Notes under the pieces: generated by a model
What the model was told of the DNA's origin: nothing
Database searches by the model: none
Seen by the model: only the letters and a program-made list of their open reading frames with translations
Program-made: the position numbers and the translations under genes
Assembly (NCBI GenBank): GCA_973895155.1
Contig: OZ316895.1
Location: forward strand, 7,118,184-7,182,183
Length of the DNA stretch: 64,000 nt
Direction of reading: 5' to 3'
DNA from: Marsupella aquatica
Lineage: Eukaryota > Plantae > Marchantiophyta
Shown: positions 49,216 through 63,247 of the stretch, piece by piece
Layout: the number at the start of each line of letters is the position of its first letter
Position numbering within the stretch: position 1 is the first letter of the stretch

Positions 49216-51635
49216 ATGATGATGGATGGGAATAGGCGATGGGGAGGAGGAGGAGGAGGAGGAGAGGCAAGCCGCAGCGGCAGCAGCAGCAGCAGCAAGG
49301 GGAGCACATTCAAGGATGGGCGATGGATTCATACCTCTCGAACGCTGTACGTCACGAATGTCTCTCCGTCCACAACAACAGCCAATCTCGAATCTGTACG
49401 GTGTTGTTGGCCTAAACTTCTCAAATATATCTTGATTTTCAACCTACGTTTGTTCTTCCAAGTTTCCTCTGGAACTGGTTGGATGAGATGGCCTGTTTTC
49501 TCCCCAACTTCTACCGTGTAAATACGTCAATTTTGGCAAATTCAAGTATTGGGATTCTTTACCCATATTGCAAAGTTGTGTTCATCGATTCACTGTTCGA
49601 AGTTTTGGGATTTGAGGGGATTCGCGTGGGGCCATCGGGAGTTACGAATATTTTGTGAGACATGGGCATGACTTTATCGGAAGGCATTTTCATGCAATTA
49701 GGGTTTGGAGAAGCGTAGTGATCAGAGTGAGTGCTTAAGTTGAAGTTGTGACTTTAAGTTACTGGTTACGTGGTGTTTGTGTGCAGCTTTTCAAGGATTT
49801 GGATGGTTTCGTTGCTCTTCGCAGAGTATGTCGACAATTTTCCACTCATATGATAGGTTGCTCTGAAATGATACTGTGAATTTTGCTTTGTAGGGTTTAG
49901 GGTCACACGATCTTGTTACGTCAAAGCAGAGAAACTATTGTAGAATGTTTTGTTTTAGATGGAGACTTCGCTGGTGTGACTCGCTGTGATGGCTTGTCTC
50001 TCATTCCTGCGTTGTCCAGTTTTTAAACAGACAGCTCAGGAAGTGATGGTCATTATGTGACGTTCAATAATTTGGCTTGTTGTTCAACCCAGGTGCGAAC
50101 AATGTGCTTCGTAGACTTCGAATCCAAGCAACAGGTATGTATTCATTCCACGCACTTCCCCACAACACCCCAAAATTGATCGTGAGGTCAGGTTGCGATG
50201 CCACGTGAGGTATTCGAGATTTGTATATTTCGTTTAACAACCGACTTGTGTATCTTAGATTAAGGTTCTCTTTTTGGCTGTCATCAGCTCGGATCCAGGA
50301 TTGCAAATGGTAAAACGTGAGACCTTTGTGCAGGCCACATCAGCGATTTGGCGGACCAATGGACATAAATTTAATCCAGATGAGGAAGGGGTTCTGGTGA
50401 GCTATGATAAGGTCAGATTTGCACATCGAAAGCAGATTCTTGTTCCTCGATGAACCTTGCAGATTTTCGTCATCATGCAGTCCTGTGATACTTGGATTTG
50501 TGACAATCTTCTAGCAGGTCATAACTGAATTAGTTGGTTTTTAACATCCTGCAGGATGATAATGAAGAAAGAGGGGGTTGGAGTGTCCGAAAAAGGGAGG
50601 AGGAAAAGCGGAAAAGACATGAGGTTGATGCGACGCGTGTACAATATCAGTGTTCAGCCTGCTCACATTTTTGCGTCAAACTTGGTATGGTCTTGAATTT
50701 ATCTATCGACGCGTGCCTCGTTTGGGGACTAGATGAAGCGCCTCTCCAATGTTGAATGGCTCTATTACGATTGCTACTGTTTTTCCGCAAAGCAATGTCA
50801 CGACGATGATGCTAAAGTTTGGCTCTCCATCAAAATTCTTGGGTTAGGTGCTTCACTTGTATCCTCAACGTTACGCGATGTTGATAGTTTTCTTCTCCTT
50901 TCAGATGGGAGAAACTATTGGAATCCTGAAATTCGAGATGGTTTCTTGCAGCTCTGCCGCTGACAGACCTTCCGTCAAGAAAAACTGATGGGTCACTTGT
51001 TATTGACATGGCAAAGGATCTTGTCCATCTGATGTGTGCTAAAGGTGGTGTAAAGCTTCTCAAGAGGTACGCGATTTACTCTTGTTGTTTAGTATTCCCA
51101 GTGATCACTTGAAAGTGCACGATATCAGATCTGGTCCCATACAGCCTCAAGGTTTCTTGAGACCACGTTGCTGTCTTCAATGCAGGCCCTTCTCAATTTT
51201 CTGATTCCTCAAGTTTTATAGCTCAACAAATGTCTTTTGTACTTGTGCTATTTCAGGGAGAAGGGAACTGAGAAACAGTATAGATACAACTGTGAACTTT
51301 GTGATTTATGCGTGGGCTATCGCTCTGTTCCTTATGAAGAGGAAACCAAATTCATGTACATACTGCCAAAGGTATCTCCAAGCTCGTTTCGGACCGTCAC
51401 TCATGGAGGTTTTAGAGTGTGCGATTTCCACATTTCATCTGCTAAAGTAGAATTGTCCGAGACGGAAATGCTCTCCTCTGCTGTTCAGTTGGATCTAGAG
51501 ATTTGCAGAATATAATGAGAATGATCACGTATGCAGGCCTTGACTCGCAAGATTGCAGAACAGCCCGAGAAGAAAGAAAGAAAGAAAATAGATGCTGCAC
51601 AAACTTCCCAGGACAAAGGGCGTGAAGATTTATAA
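49216..51635 (+). CDS. RRM domain fused to a STEEP1/CXorf56 (UPF0428)-like Cys domain, 8 exons, ~265 aa
   Basis: Exons 49216-49395, 49787-49825, 50093-50134, 50334-50411, 50555-50684, 50952-51066, 51257-51371, 51537-51635, all GT-AG, 798 nt. RRM: TLYVTNV..LFKDLDGFVALRR..MCFVDFES..ATSAIWRTNGH..VSYDK. STEEP1-like: YQCSACSHFCV..LTDLPSRKTDGSLVID..KLLKREKGTEKQYRYNCELCDLCVGYRS..FMYIL. Confidence 0.82.
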
Positions 51636-52406
51636 TTAAGCTGCACAACTTGAGGCCAAGTGCGCCAATCTGCCTTTGTTATAGCTTCGTCTGAAAAGAA
51701 CGTGCACTCTTTCTGGGTAGCATTCATTTAGCTGAGCCATAGCTTCAAACCTTCAAACCTTCAAACCTTCCGTTGAAGTATCCTTCAAGAGAAGAGTAGT
51801 GAAAGTCGCCATATAAAAATCCTGACCCGCAGGAATGATGAGTCAAACTTAATCGGCAGCAGTCAGGGAAGCGTTGTGCTCAAATGACTGTCACATTCAA
51901 ATGACTTTCTTGCTAAGAGGGAAGGCATCAGCACCTCCAAATATTTGGGTGCCAAACCAATTGCATTGTAAGTGGGAATATGTAAAGCGTTGTTTCATGA
52001 AAGAGTGGATTTAATCGCCCATGACTGGAAAGCCGACTGCAATTGTCCTGATTCTGTGCACGCAGCTGATGCAACCGATGTGAACACAAAGCCTGCTAGC
52101 CCTCATGCATGTCTTAAATGCTCCTCTCCGTCCTTTGGCTTTTGCTCCCCTTCTGAACATTTGGAAAAAGATTCTCTAGTGACAGGTAGCATTTGTAGGT
52201 CTTTTTAGTGTCCCTAGTACTTTTATAAGGGACAGAAAAGTTCTATCTTTTATCCACTTATTCTCCTAGTATTCAGGCTATGGACATGCAGAAGAGAAAG
52301 TACATCATAAATTGGCACGGTCACCAATTAAGGTCATTTTTTTAAGGCCCATCTACATGCAAGACAGCTCTATCCTCCACATAATCCTCTTGTGGGTAAG
52401 ACCTAG

Positions 52407-52945
52407 GAGCCATCTTGCAGTGGTCCTTTAATGCTTGAGTGCAAGCTTTTGGGGCAAGAGAAATTTATGGCTTCATGCTGATCCTAAGGATATATATAAC
52501 AGTGCCAACACGACAGGAACGCCACTCCTGGAGACATAGTCCCAAAGGCCAAAAAAACCCAATAAAGGTAGGGAAAAAGAAGAAGGCCCCAAGAAAACCA
52601 AGGGGTCCAACAAGCCAAGGAGCATTTTAGGCAGGCCAACTTTTTTATGATTAAAACCTTTAAATTGTCGTGAATTTAACTTACAGTCCTGCAATTTTCA
52701 GAAGATTCAAGAAATCCCAGCAGCATTTGTCTGCATTTAATTGAGAGTTACTCCATTACTCCAGTTTCTAGGCAAAAAGGTAGGGAGTTTCAGTGTCAAT
52801 TTTTGTTTTTTCTTGTGTTGAAAACAATTTTTATTTTACAGTAGAGCACAGAACATAAAGACAGCCAACCAGGCATGGAGAATAAACCCAGAGGGAGACC
52901 AAGTTTAGGGCCAGGTTTTGAGGAGAGTTACATGCAAGATGGCTC
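52407..52945. mobile_element. possible Tourist/PIF-Harbinger-like MITE, ~540 bp
   Basis: 13-bp terminal inverted repeats gagccatcttgca / tgcaagatggctc; flanks TAG and TAA, close to a TAA-type TSD; AT-rich interior; a related TIR-like sequence lies at ~52345-52372. Confidence 0.4.
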
Positions 52946-54132
52946 TAAGGAGCTCGACTACTGTTGTCAAAGCCTACTCCTTTTCAAGTCAATACAATTA
53001 TCTTCTTTCACTCCTTGCTGAACATTATGCTACACACTAATCAAGCTACATCAATGGAATAAAAGACATTCAATCACCCGCAGGTCTATTGAATTTTCTT
53101 TTACTGCATTGACCAAATCTGGGTGAGTCAACTCTTGTTTCAGCATGGCTTCAGTTGAGTTGAGCATTCTCTCTCAGTTAAGCTGTTCAGTATTTGAATA
53201 GGGGCTGAAGCAGCCAGAAGGGCTTTGGGATGTACTTTACTCTAAGTCACCAGTAGTTAAGCTGGAGTAGGATGAGACAACTTTGAGTTCACAACACCAC
53301 CTCATAAACTGAACCAGTTTCATGAATCATTCTATGTGTGAGAGAGAAATAATAGTTATTCGTGTTGGGGGTTTTACCTGGACAGTAGTGGTATTTATAT
53401 TCATGCAAAAAAGAATTAATTAAAAATGATCGGGCAGCAAAAGTTTGAAATGCAACAAAGGTGGGCTGGGAAAATATGTGGACATCCTTGGAAAATGGGA
53501 AGGAAATTCAATTCCAGCGACGCCTGAAAAACTTTATGTGAGGCAACATGTTGGTTGAAAAAGGTGCTTTCTGTTCAAATAGGCTGCAAACACATGTTCT
53601 GGCTAGGTATCAGCAAAAATATACACACACAATAAGAATGAGAGAAGTTTTTGATCATAAAATTAAAATGGTCACTCGCAAAAGCATGAAAATAAGTTCG
53701 TTTAGTAAACTGCCACGTCACGGTAGTGTACAGTAAGAAGTAGTGTAAAGTTCGGCTTTGCCACGTCGAGCCGAAGCCGAACCAAAGCCGAACCAGAGCC
53801 GAGCCGAAGTGATGAAGAAGCGCCGAACCCGGCTGCCACCCGGCGCCACTAGAGCAGGTACTGTAAAGCATACAGTCCTTTACACCCAAATGCTATTCTC
53901 CTCTTTCTTGCCTCTCGTTGACAATCCTCTTCCCTTTCCAAGCGATGATCGGCTTTTGAGGAAGCGACGAGTCCAGAACAGAAGAGAAGGGAAGGAAAGA
54001 GGTGGGTTGCAAAGAGGCTCAGCAGAGAGTGCTGAGGAAAAGCACGAGAAAGACGAGGAGAAAAAGAGCAGAGGAGAAAACGAGCAGAGGGAGAAGAGGA
54101 GGAGAGGAGAGAGGGAAGGAACATTCAGCAAC

Positions 54133-57100
54133 ATGGCAGGGCTGTCGCTGGAGTGCGGAGATTGCAAGACGCAGTTGAGGTCTGTGGAGGAAGCTCAGGA
54201 GCATGCTGAATTGACGGGCCACGCCAACTTCCAAGAATCGACCGAACCCGTGCGTGTTCTGCCCTCCCGTACCGTATTTTGTGGTTGTAATGTTGTCATA
54301 CCTGCTTGTTTATGTTTAATTAGTCTCGGAGTCTAGGGTTAGTGACGTCGTAGTGATTTCGTGTGAGGGGCTGGTAGTGCATTTTGAACTCCCTTGATTG
54401 TGGGGGCGGATTGACGTTACTGTAGACTGTCTTCCATCGACGGTAGCCTGGTTGGATGGATTTCTGCTTCAATTTACTGTGTATAATTGCTCAGAAGTGT
54501 TTTGAAATGGTTGATTGACTGCGTTGCATCCTCTTCTGCAAAGTCACCTCCTCCTTTTGGCCCACATTGCCTCCCATTGTGGTCTTTACTCAACCTCGTT
54601 GTAGGATTTTGAATGTCTGACACCCGTCATTGAAACTGTGTAGTATGGGAATTTGTTCCAATGTCACGGGTATTGTTCCACATCTTGCATGAACCTTTTT
54701 ATTCGTTAAAGATGTATCCAAGTTGCCCCGTCAGCACAGCCCAGGGCTAACGGAGATTCCTCGTGGATGATGTTGGATTTGATATTTGGGGAAATTTGTT
54801 TTCAGTAAGCTGACCGTCACTGGTTCAGAGCTGATCATTGCTGGACCCTGTAAATTCACCTCAAGGTTCTGAAGGCTTTGGATTTGCTAGCCTAAAGTAG
54901 GTCATATTGGACCACTTTTTGTAGCACGTTACGGCGTGGGTTTTAAGAGTATGTCTGGTACTTTAGGAACTTTTGTATTCCACAAATTTTCAGATTAGGG
55001 TGTTGAAGCCATTAATAGTGCAAAGTGGTTTACCATTATTCACCACCCTTTTGGATGAAAAAGAAAATAAGTATCCTGTGACTTGTGGTTTGTCAATGCA
55101 GGTTCTCAATTTGGTGTGCTCAACTTGTCAAAAACCTTGTCGCTCTAAAACGGTACTCTTCTCGTATGTTTTCTGTTTCTATCTTGACATTCACGTTGAT
55201 AACCTGAATCCTGGTCTGGACGAAGGACTCATTCCATCTAGTGATGACACCGTGATTCAAAGTTTGAAGAGCGTACATTATTCACGTAAGCTTGGAGTTT
55301 CCACTTGGCTAAGACAAGAGTATCTTTCAGGAGAGTGACCTGCACACAAAGCGGACAGGGCATGCAGAATTTACTGACAAAACTGCCGAAACCGCTAAAC
55401 CAATCGTTCTCGAGAGCAAGCCAGATGGAGGATCTAGTGCATCTGACTCCCAAGGACAGTCAGCTACTTCAGGAGGTCTGCATTGTCTCGACTTGTAGTT
55501 CAGCCCGTCAGCCTTGCATTGTATTTTTTGTGTAGTCTCAAAGACATTATCTGCACTGGGACGTAGTCGTGCAAACGGATGTGCTAGAATATGTACCGAT
55601 CAATACTCTGGCATTTTGTCACTTTCTCTCCGAAGGGAGATAATGTTCCACTTAGTCTGCATTTGCTATCCTGATGACAGTATTCACGTGGAAGTTGTCG
55701 GCCAAGTGCAGAAATGGTGGTGCCGGAAGTAAACAAAACTCTCTTAGCAGAGCTCGAAGGAATGGGGTTTTCTACAGCTCGTGCAACTCGTTCTCTTTAC
55801 TTCTCAGGTTTTACTAAAACTTTTCATTGCCACCTCACTTTCACTTCCTCTGGGACACCAACTGTACCCGAGTAGCCAAAGAGAATTGTGGACTATTTTG
55901 TATAGTAGACGCCCTAGACGCTGAAATTGAAACAAAGTGGTCAGAAGCCGTAAGCCCAGGCGCGAGTGGGATGTTTTAAGAATAGAAGCAACGTTTTGCC
56001 CCACCAACTTGCAATACTGCTGAACACTTGTTGCCAATACCTGATCAGTAGTTTTAAACAAAACTTAGCAAAGTCGGAGTACTTTTTACTGCCTTGATCT
56101 ACCTTTCGCTTTACTATCGGATAACATTGTTGTTGACTGTATCTGGGGGGTGTTCCAGCTGCCGATAGTATTGAAAATGCTATCACTTGGATCGTAGACC
56201 ATGAAGATGATGCAGACATTGACGAAATGCCCATGGTACGGTTCGACAATTGTCATACTTTTATTCCGATTTGCAGATACATTGCTTCACCTGTGTAAGC
56301 TGCCAGTTCTCGGTAGCCATGGGCTGAACTCCCCTGCCTCACTGGTGTATAGCTTGGTTGTAGTTAATTACTGAATTGAAAAATGAACTGTCAGCTCTAA
56401 GAATCTCAGCGAACCAATTGAAGTATGAGCCACTGATTTGCAGTACAGTTGTAATTGTTGTCTAGGTTCCTGCTGGGACTGGTGGTGCTGTTTCTCTGCT
56501 GACTCCTGAAGAGGCAAAAGCCAAAGCAGCGGAGTTAGTGTACGTACCGTCCTTATATACCCACGAGTGAATTGTTGTCAGAGAGGATTGGACGCCTGCC
56601 TATGATGTTCGGTTTGTGAGCAGCTACTCCTGTTCTCTTCAAAGGTTTACCATATCAGTGTCTTACTGTGGAAGAAATTATGGTGTCGAACATGGTTGGT
56701 AGTAAGATTTTAGTACTCTGAAGCTGTCCCAGCGCTACAATAGTGTTACTTATTTGTGTCTACCACTTGGAAGGTGCTTTCCCGCAAGCAGTAGTTGAAG
56801 TGAAGTTGCATAACTTTCCGCGGAAAATCACTCCTTCAAATGGTTTTATGTAAGGGTCTTAAGAAGAGTGCTATCCATTATCAAAATTGGCAACACACCA
56901 GCGATATTTGCGTACCTTTTTTGTCAGTCTTGAACGACTTTGTGGTGCTTGCGGTGGAAATAAATTTTATTCATAATTTTCTGCCCATAATTTTTTTGAT
57001 TTCTAGTTTCACGTTGTGATTGAGCCTTGTGGGACTTGAAATTTCACATGTACATTGACATTGTCTCATTAGCGTCTTCTTCATTATGTGCACAACAGAG

Positions 57101-58891
57101 AGCGAGCTCGGAAGAAAAAAGAGGAGGAGGAAAAACGAATGGAAAGGGAACGAGAAAAGGTGCATAGTTAGGAGACGATCCTGGAGGCTCTTTGTCACCC
57201 ACGTATCAGAGAAATCAGAAAGGTAGTCTAATAAATCATACCATGCTGGAATCATCGTCTAACAAGGATTGTCCTAACCTCTTAATAGGACCGGATTCGC
57301 ATTGGCAAGGAACTGCAGGAGGCCCGTCGCATTGAGGAAGACAATGAGCGGAAGAGGTATTTCTTCTTCCGTATCTCTGTGAAATCGTCTAGTTTAATCT
57401 TTTACCATGCTACTCTGGTTTTCATCACTTTTCTTGGACCACGGTGGATAGTCGTAGAGCAGTTTTGCCCAACATACTTAATGGCATCCTCGCAATTGCA
57501 CATTTTGTGACAGATTGCTGATACTAAGAAAAGCTGAGAAAGACGAGGAGAAGAGAGCTAGAGAGAAAATCCGAGCAAAACTTGAGGAAGATAAGGTACT
57601 GTGCTTATATAAGGATCCTGTTTCAGGCCTCACTCACTGCTGATACCATCCAACTTGGGGGACGAAATTGGTATATAAACTTCGCCTCTTGTCAATTCTG
57701 TAGGCTTTGGATATGAACATCAGTAATATGAAAAGTTGTCTGTACTGGACGATAAGTCAATGATATAAGATACAGACCAACAACAGCTGGTCATAGATGG
57801 CTATCAGACGGAGAACTAATCAGGAGTTTTCTAGGAAGGATTCTCACTTTTCAAATACGTGTCTTCCAGGCAGAACGACGGAGAAAATTAGGACTTCCTC
57901 CAGAAGAACCAAGTACCTCTGCACCACCTCCTGTTGAGGAGAAGAAGAAGGTCGGTGTTGGTCAGACCTACTCCTATCCTACGAGGAAGTTAGTTGGAAG
58001 TGGGGGGCCTTGAATTGACTAGTGGCCACAAAACACCACGAAGTACCGTAATGGTATTGAGTAGTGTGATATTGCACATCTTGGTTCATAGTATATATAG
58101 TGACACTGCTAATGACAGTTGGTTTCATTTTTGCCAGAGTTATGTGCCTATAAGACCAGCCACAAAGGCTGATCGAATGCGGGACGTTTTGCGATCTATA
58201 AAACAGGCCCATAAGGTTAGTATCTTCTAGACATTGAGTAAACAAAGATTGCTGACGGAAGTTGAGATATTTTAGCCTGAAATAACCGTTTCCAACCTAG
58301 GTGAGCATGCAGTATTTGTTATGCCAGGAAATCTCCGCCAATGCTTTTGTGAACACTGTCTTGTTTATCTTTAATACGTGGTTTTAATCTATCCTTTGTA
58401 ACCGGTTCATTGACTTGAATTGTTTTTTTTTTAGAGTTTTAATGTTGAGTGGCTTTACATTGAATGATGTGATGGATGGACTCTTTCCCAGGATGACGAT
58501 GCGAAGGTCAAGAAGTGCTTCCAAACGTTGCTTACCTACGTGGGAAATGTTGCGCGGGATCCAGACCAGGAAAAATTCAGAAAAATTCGACTCACAAATC
58601 CAGCTTTCCAGGTTTGAACTTTTAGTGTTGATACTAGGATTCCTGAGCTTGAACATAGTTGCTTGTAGTGCTTGAAACATTCATCGACGATGTCCCTGAA
58701 AGTTTGTGGTTTGGCAGGAGAGAGTTGGAAATCTCGGAGGAGTAATGTTTCTAGAGGTTTGTGGATTTGAGAAAGATCAGTCGGGTGAGTTTGTAATTAT
58801 TCCTAGAGAGAAAGTTGATATTATTCTACTCCAGACGGCTGGTTCTGAGATCAACTCGGCAATAGTAAATCCCTTCTTTGGTGTTCTCTAA
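54133..58891 (+). CDS. C2H2 zinc finger-UBA-coiled coil-PUB domain protein (At1g04850-like), 13 exons, 407 aa
   Basis: Exons 54133-54249, 55102-55152, 55331-55475, 55712-55807, 56159-56235, 56466-56539, 57099-57159, 57289-57356, 57514-57595, 57870-57950, 58138-58215, 58492-58611, 58718-58891. Motifs: [22 protein letters not shown]; [23 protein letters not shown]; [21 protein letters not shown]; [43 protein letters not shown]. Confidence 0.93.
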
Positions 58892-59407
58892 ATTTTTTTG
58901 GCCTTCCCATTGAGTAGATCCCTATCACATGCTTTTGAGATCCATTTAGGTTCGGCAGCTACAGGATTGAGGTGATGGTTGGGCAATCATCAATGTTATA
59001 ATATCCGTCTAAATCAATTTGTGCCTGATGGACTGGGTGCTTCAAAGCGCTTGTTCGCAGCGTGAGTTACGTCCTCCTTTCCAAGGTCTAATTCATCTAC
59101 CGCCGCATGGTTTTATCTGATCTAATTTCAACTATCATGCATCTATTAGCTGCTCATCTACTTGCAACTGTCCGAAGTATCAGTCTTTCGTTTGCAATGA
59201 AACGCAAGCTCTCAACCAGGCAACAGGAATAGTTGTGCCTAGTCGCTCAATAGTTCTCTGAGAAAACAGCTACATTGTCAAAGGTGTCAGATTTCCACCA
59301 GTTTCAGCCCAACGGTATGGAGCCGTTGTCTGTTGAGCTGTTGTCTTTAGACGAACGTCCTACGCTTGCAACCCCAATGAGGAGGTCAATGTTGTCCTGC
59401 TTCATTT

Positions 59408-62400
59408 TCAGCCCTTTCTCTTGGCTGGTGGCTTTTCAGGTTCCTCGTCTTCTTCAGGTGGTTCCTCTTCAGACAATGCCTCCTCACCCTCTGATGGTTT
59501 TCCCTCACCATCCTCCTTCTCACCTGCACCTTCTCCCTCAGCTTTGGGCAATTCCGACCCTGGTTCTGGTGGAGGCATTTCAGGTGCTGGTGGCGGTGGG
59601 GGCGGAGGAGGTGGTTTCCTTGGCAACACGTATGGACCTGGGGCAGTGGGCTTGTAGTCACCAAATGTCCAAGCACCCTTCTCATAGAAACCCTCGAGAG
59701 TGTTGTTAGTTGATGCAAACTTATACTTGCCCGGTCCATCAGGAAGATTCTTGACAAATTCGCCCTCAAATATGTCTCCATTCCGCAGAATCCAGCGGCC
59801 CTTCACGAAGTTTCCTTTGTCCCAGTTTCCCTGGAACTGCAGAATCCACACCCATTTGCCACAATCCACATCAACACGCCAGTTGATTCCCGTAATTCCA
59901 CTTCGACTGACTTTAAAGAAAGCACTACTCCATAGAGGCCACTGAGAAGGATCATAGCCCACGGACAACAACACGAGATTCCAAGGCCAGTCCATTTATG
60001 AATACACAAAGGAGCAGTACGAACCATCTCTAACTCCTTTTAAAAGCTTCATTTCTTACAAAATTACTAGGACACAGGCTCCAAGGATTGCTGTAACGTA
60101 GGGGTTTCTCTTTTTTTGAAGCTTCGTTTCTTAAAAAGTTACTGTACACAGACTCCAAGGATGAATGTGAAGTTGGGGTTGTATAGGAGGGAAACATCTA
60201 AGAGAGGAGAAATCGCAAGCTTGTTCAAGGTTTGCCACACTTAAACCCACATAAGAACCTGCCAGAGAGTGTTACCAGGCTTTTGCTCTCCATAAAGTAG
60301 TACGTGCCAACACCGTCCTTTACGTCCATGACCCACTCACCCTTGTACACATCTCCATTAGGATAGTAGTAGGCTCCTAGTCCATGCTTCTTATCTTCCT
60401 TCCATGAACCTGCCATTCAGACAGAGTGGTCCATAGTGAACTACGCTCCAGTCAAAGTGGTCCATAATGAGTTTGGAGAGCCTTATCCAAAATAGTCCAG
60501 ATTATTCCAAGGCTTTCATGATCATTATTTCTCTTTCTTTTTTTCACTCTTTCTAGATTTTTCAGGTTTGCATTTGCCCCATGAGTTTGAGTGTGGTCTT
60601 TGTTGTCTCTGGACCTCTTTTCTTCCTTACTCCAGTATTCTTTGTTTAGTCCATTTTATCAAAGCATGAGATTGCAAGCTAATGACTTCGTTTGCTCTTA
60701 CTCCATCTTACTTTGTTTGGCACTTTTCAGTAAACTGGTCCTTTTTCACAAAACAAGAGATACAAAGCTAATAAGGAGTCTCAAAGCCTCAAAGTTGTGG
60801 ATGATGGCTTTTGGCCACCACAAACAAATGGTGATACCGTCTTCAGGGTTAAATAAAAAAAAGTTAAATTAAAAAATCACTAGCCTCTATAGTAACTTAT
60901 GGTCAGGACATATGCCAAGTTTTTATGGCAAAAAGTTATTGACTACAAATTTGGCAGCCCATAACTTTTTCTGTCTCCAACCTTAACTACTAAGTTAAAG
61001 TCACATATGACCAATCTTTATGGCAAAAAGTCATGGATTGCAAATTTGGTAGCCCATAACTTTTTCTGTCTCCAACCTTAACTAATAAGTTAAAGTCACA
61101 TATGACCAATCTTTATGGCAAAAAGTCATGGATTGCAAATTTGGTAGCACACAAATTTTCTGTCTGTAACCATCACACCACAGCTGCACCTATAACACCT
61201 ACAGGTAACCCCTCTAGCTCTTATTTCAACTATGAAAGAAGGGAGAGACAGGAATGTTGGGGTGAGGTCCACCTCTTAAGCTGAGCTCCATTATTCCCTA
61301 CTACCAGAAATGAAGAGTAACTGGCCAGGGAAGAGGGTTATATGGACAGAGTAAGTGGGCATGGAATGGAAGGGAGCCTTTTATATGGACAGGTGTGGTT
61401 TAAGTACTAAATAAAGGTCCATCAATCTTAACTATTACTTTAAGGTGTCCATCAAATGTGAAGCTTTCAGAGACCCTGACAACAATCTCTTTTGCTTTAA
61501 AGCAAGAGATTGAAGGCAGGATCGAAGAGCTGCAGTGAAATGGAGCTCACCTTCGTATTTGCTCTTGTCGGGATAGATCAAGGTGCCAAAACCCGACTTG
61601 AGGTTCTCGACGTATTGGCCCTCGTAGCTCGCTCCGTTCTTGAAGAAGTACTTGCCCTTGCCGTTCCTCTTCCCCAGCACGTATTGCCCTGCATACTTGT
61701 CGCCGTTCGAGTATGTCGCCACTCCAGTCCCGTAAGGCAGCAGGTTTCGCATGAACCCCGTCCATGAGAACTCCTGTTTTCAATAAATGTATGTTTCGTC
61801 ACTTCGATTCGTGAATTCGTTTGGCATCAAATGGCTTGCTTAATCGTATCTTTCACCATTGGGTCAGAACCAAATGTGGAATGCCGTTCCTAGACGTGTA
61901 CTGTGAAGAAATTGACAGCAAGACTTTCGATATCATCTCTATGATTTCAGTCTTGGTCTGGATTCTTTGACCCGTGCGCTCAACAATCCTTGCAACTCAT
62001 TCCTTTTCTCATTCTTCCAACACATTCGTCTCAAGTCGTTTGTTGGGACTGATTCTATTCTGTCTGGTTTAGCTTTCATTGTGATAGTTTTAGAAGCAAA
62101 TCTCGTGTAATTCATGTTCCTACTCTGCTACAAAGGCTGGTTTAGGGTTTTGGAGTTGGAGACAATCGACGAACTGGTTTGGATTAACAAGCGATGCTTC
62201 CTCCGTCAGATGATGTATGCTAGATTCCTCATTGTGTAGCTTGGTCATTCCGTGTGTGTGTTTTCAGAGCACCTAATGCTCCTGATTATTGTTAGCGCTA
62301 TGCATCCAGAGTATCACTAATTTGGAATTTAATAAGGCGAGGATAGGCAGGTTGCAATCGATTGGGCTAGTTAGTAACTCTATGGAGATCAGAGGACACA

Positions 62401-63247
62401 CTTAGCTTTACTATATATTATGCTTGTCGTATAATTATGCTTTTGCTGTGCAAAATGTGGAGCAGGATGTTACTGTGGAAGGTAAGAAACAGGAAACTTT
62501 GACGATGTGTCAACCAGAAAATTTATGCTCAAATGATATCCGAGTTTTTGTAACGAGGCTTGCATTTGAAGCAGATAAAATGTAAACGCATGGAAGCCAG
62601 AGAATTGCTTTCGAGAGAGTTGTGGCCTAACTATTAACGAGGCAGAATTACGTGTTAGTTGATGAGTCGTAGACTCGGCAATATTCATTCAATGGATGAA
62701 TTCGTCGGCTTTCCTCTGTCATATCAATCTCAGTCAGATCAAAACAAGCGATAAAACCCCAAGAGGGTGCGATTTTTCTTTTGCCCTAAATAGATTAGGT
62801 TTTTAACATATGAAATTGAAATCTGACTGAGTTTTTATGGCTCACTAGCGGTGTCAGATCAGGGTTCTCCATCAATGTGCGACTTGAATTACTTTCCTGC
62901 TGCAGTCGAGAACATAACTCTTTGCAATTAAATGGAGCCGTATTTATCTTGCGACGGTAAAGCATTCCCATTATCAGCTTCGATCAAGCTTATCATTGCA
63001 TCGTTGCTAGTCGAATTGATCTGGCATCGTCTGTTATGCTTCACTTGGTTTGACATTGGAGAAAATTTAATTCATGGTAACTATGGATTAGACAATTTCT
63101 TTCGAATCCCGGGTCCTAGTCAAAATTAGCCTCCGCAACATTGAACATGACACTACTTCGCCTCATGATAATTGAGCTGCGTACCGGAGTGACTTCCTCG
63201 TCTGTGGCTTCGGTTCCGTCGTCGGTCTCCGCATCCGTTTCCGACAT
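59408..63247 (-). CDS. RSPH1: MORN-repeat radial spoke head 1 homolog with a Pro-rich and acidic tail, 282 aa
   Basis: Exons 63247-63185 (acidic [21 protein letters not shown]), 61773-61551, 60409-60276, 59836-59408. MORN repeats [63 protein letters not shown]. The RSPH1 symbol is inferred from this architecture. Confidence 0.78.
60909..61166. repeat. 95-bp tandem repeat x~2.7 in RSPH1-like intron 2
   Basis: atggcaaaaagt starts at 60925, 61020 and 61115. Confidence 0.9.

Noticed and set aside
51621-51635. C-terminal REDL (KDEL-like ER retrieval signal) on the RRM-STEEP1 protein
   Set aside because: The protein has no signal peptide, so a luminal retrieval signal cannot act; likely coincidental.
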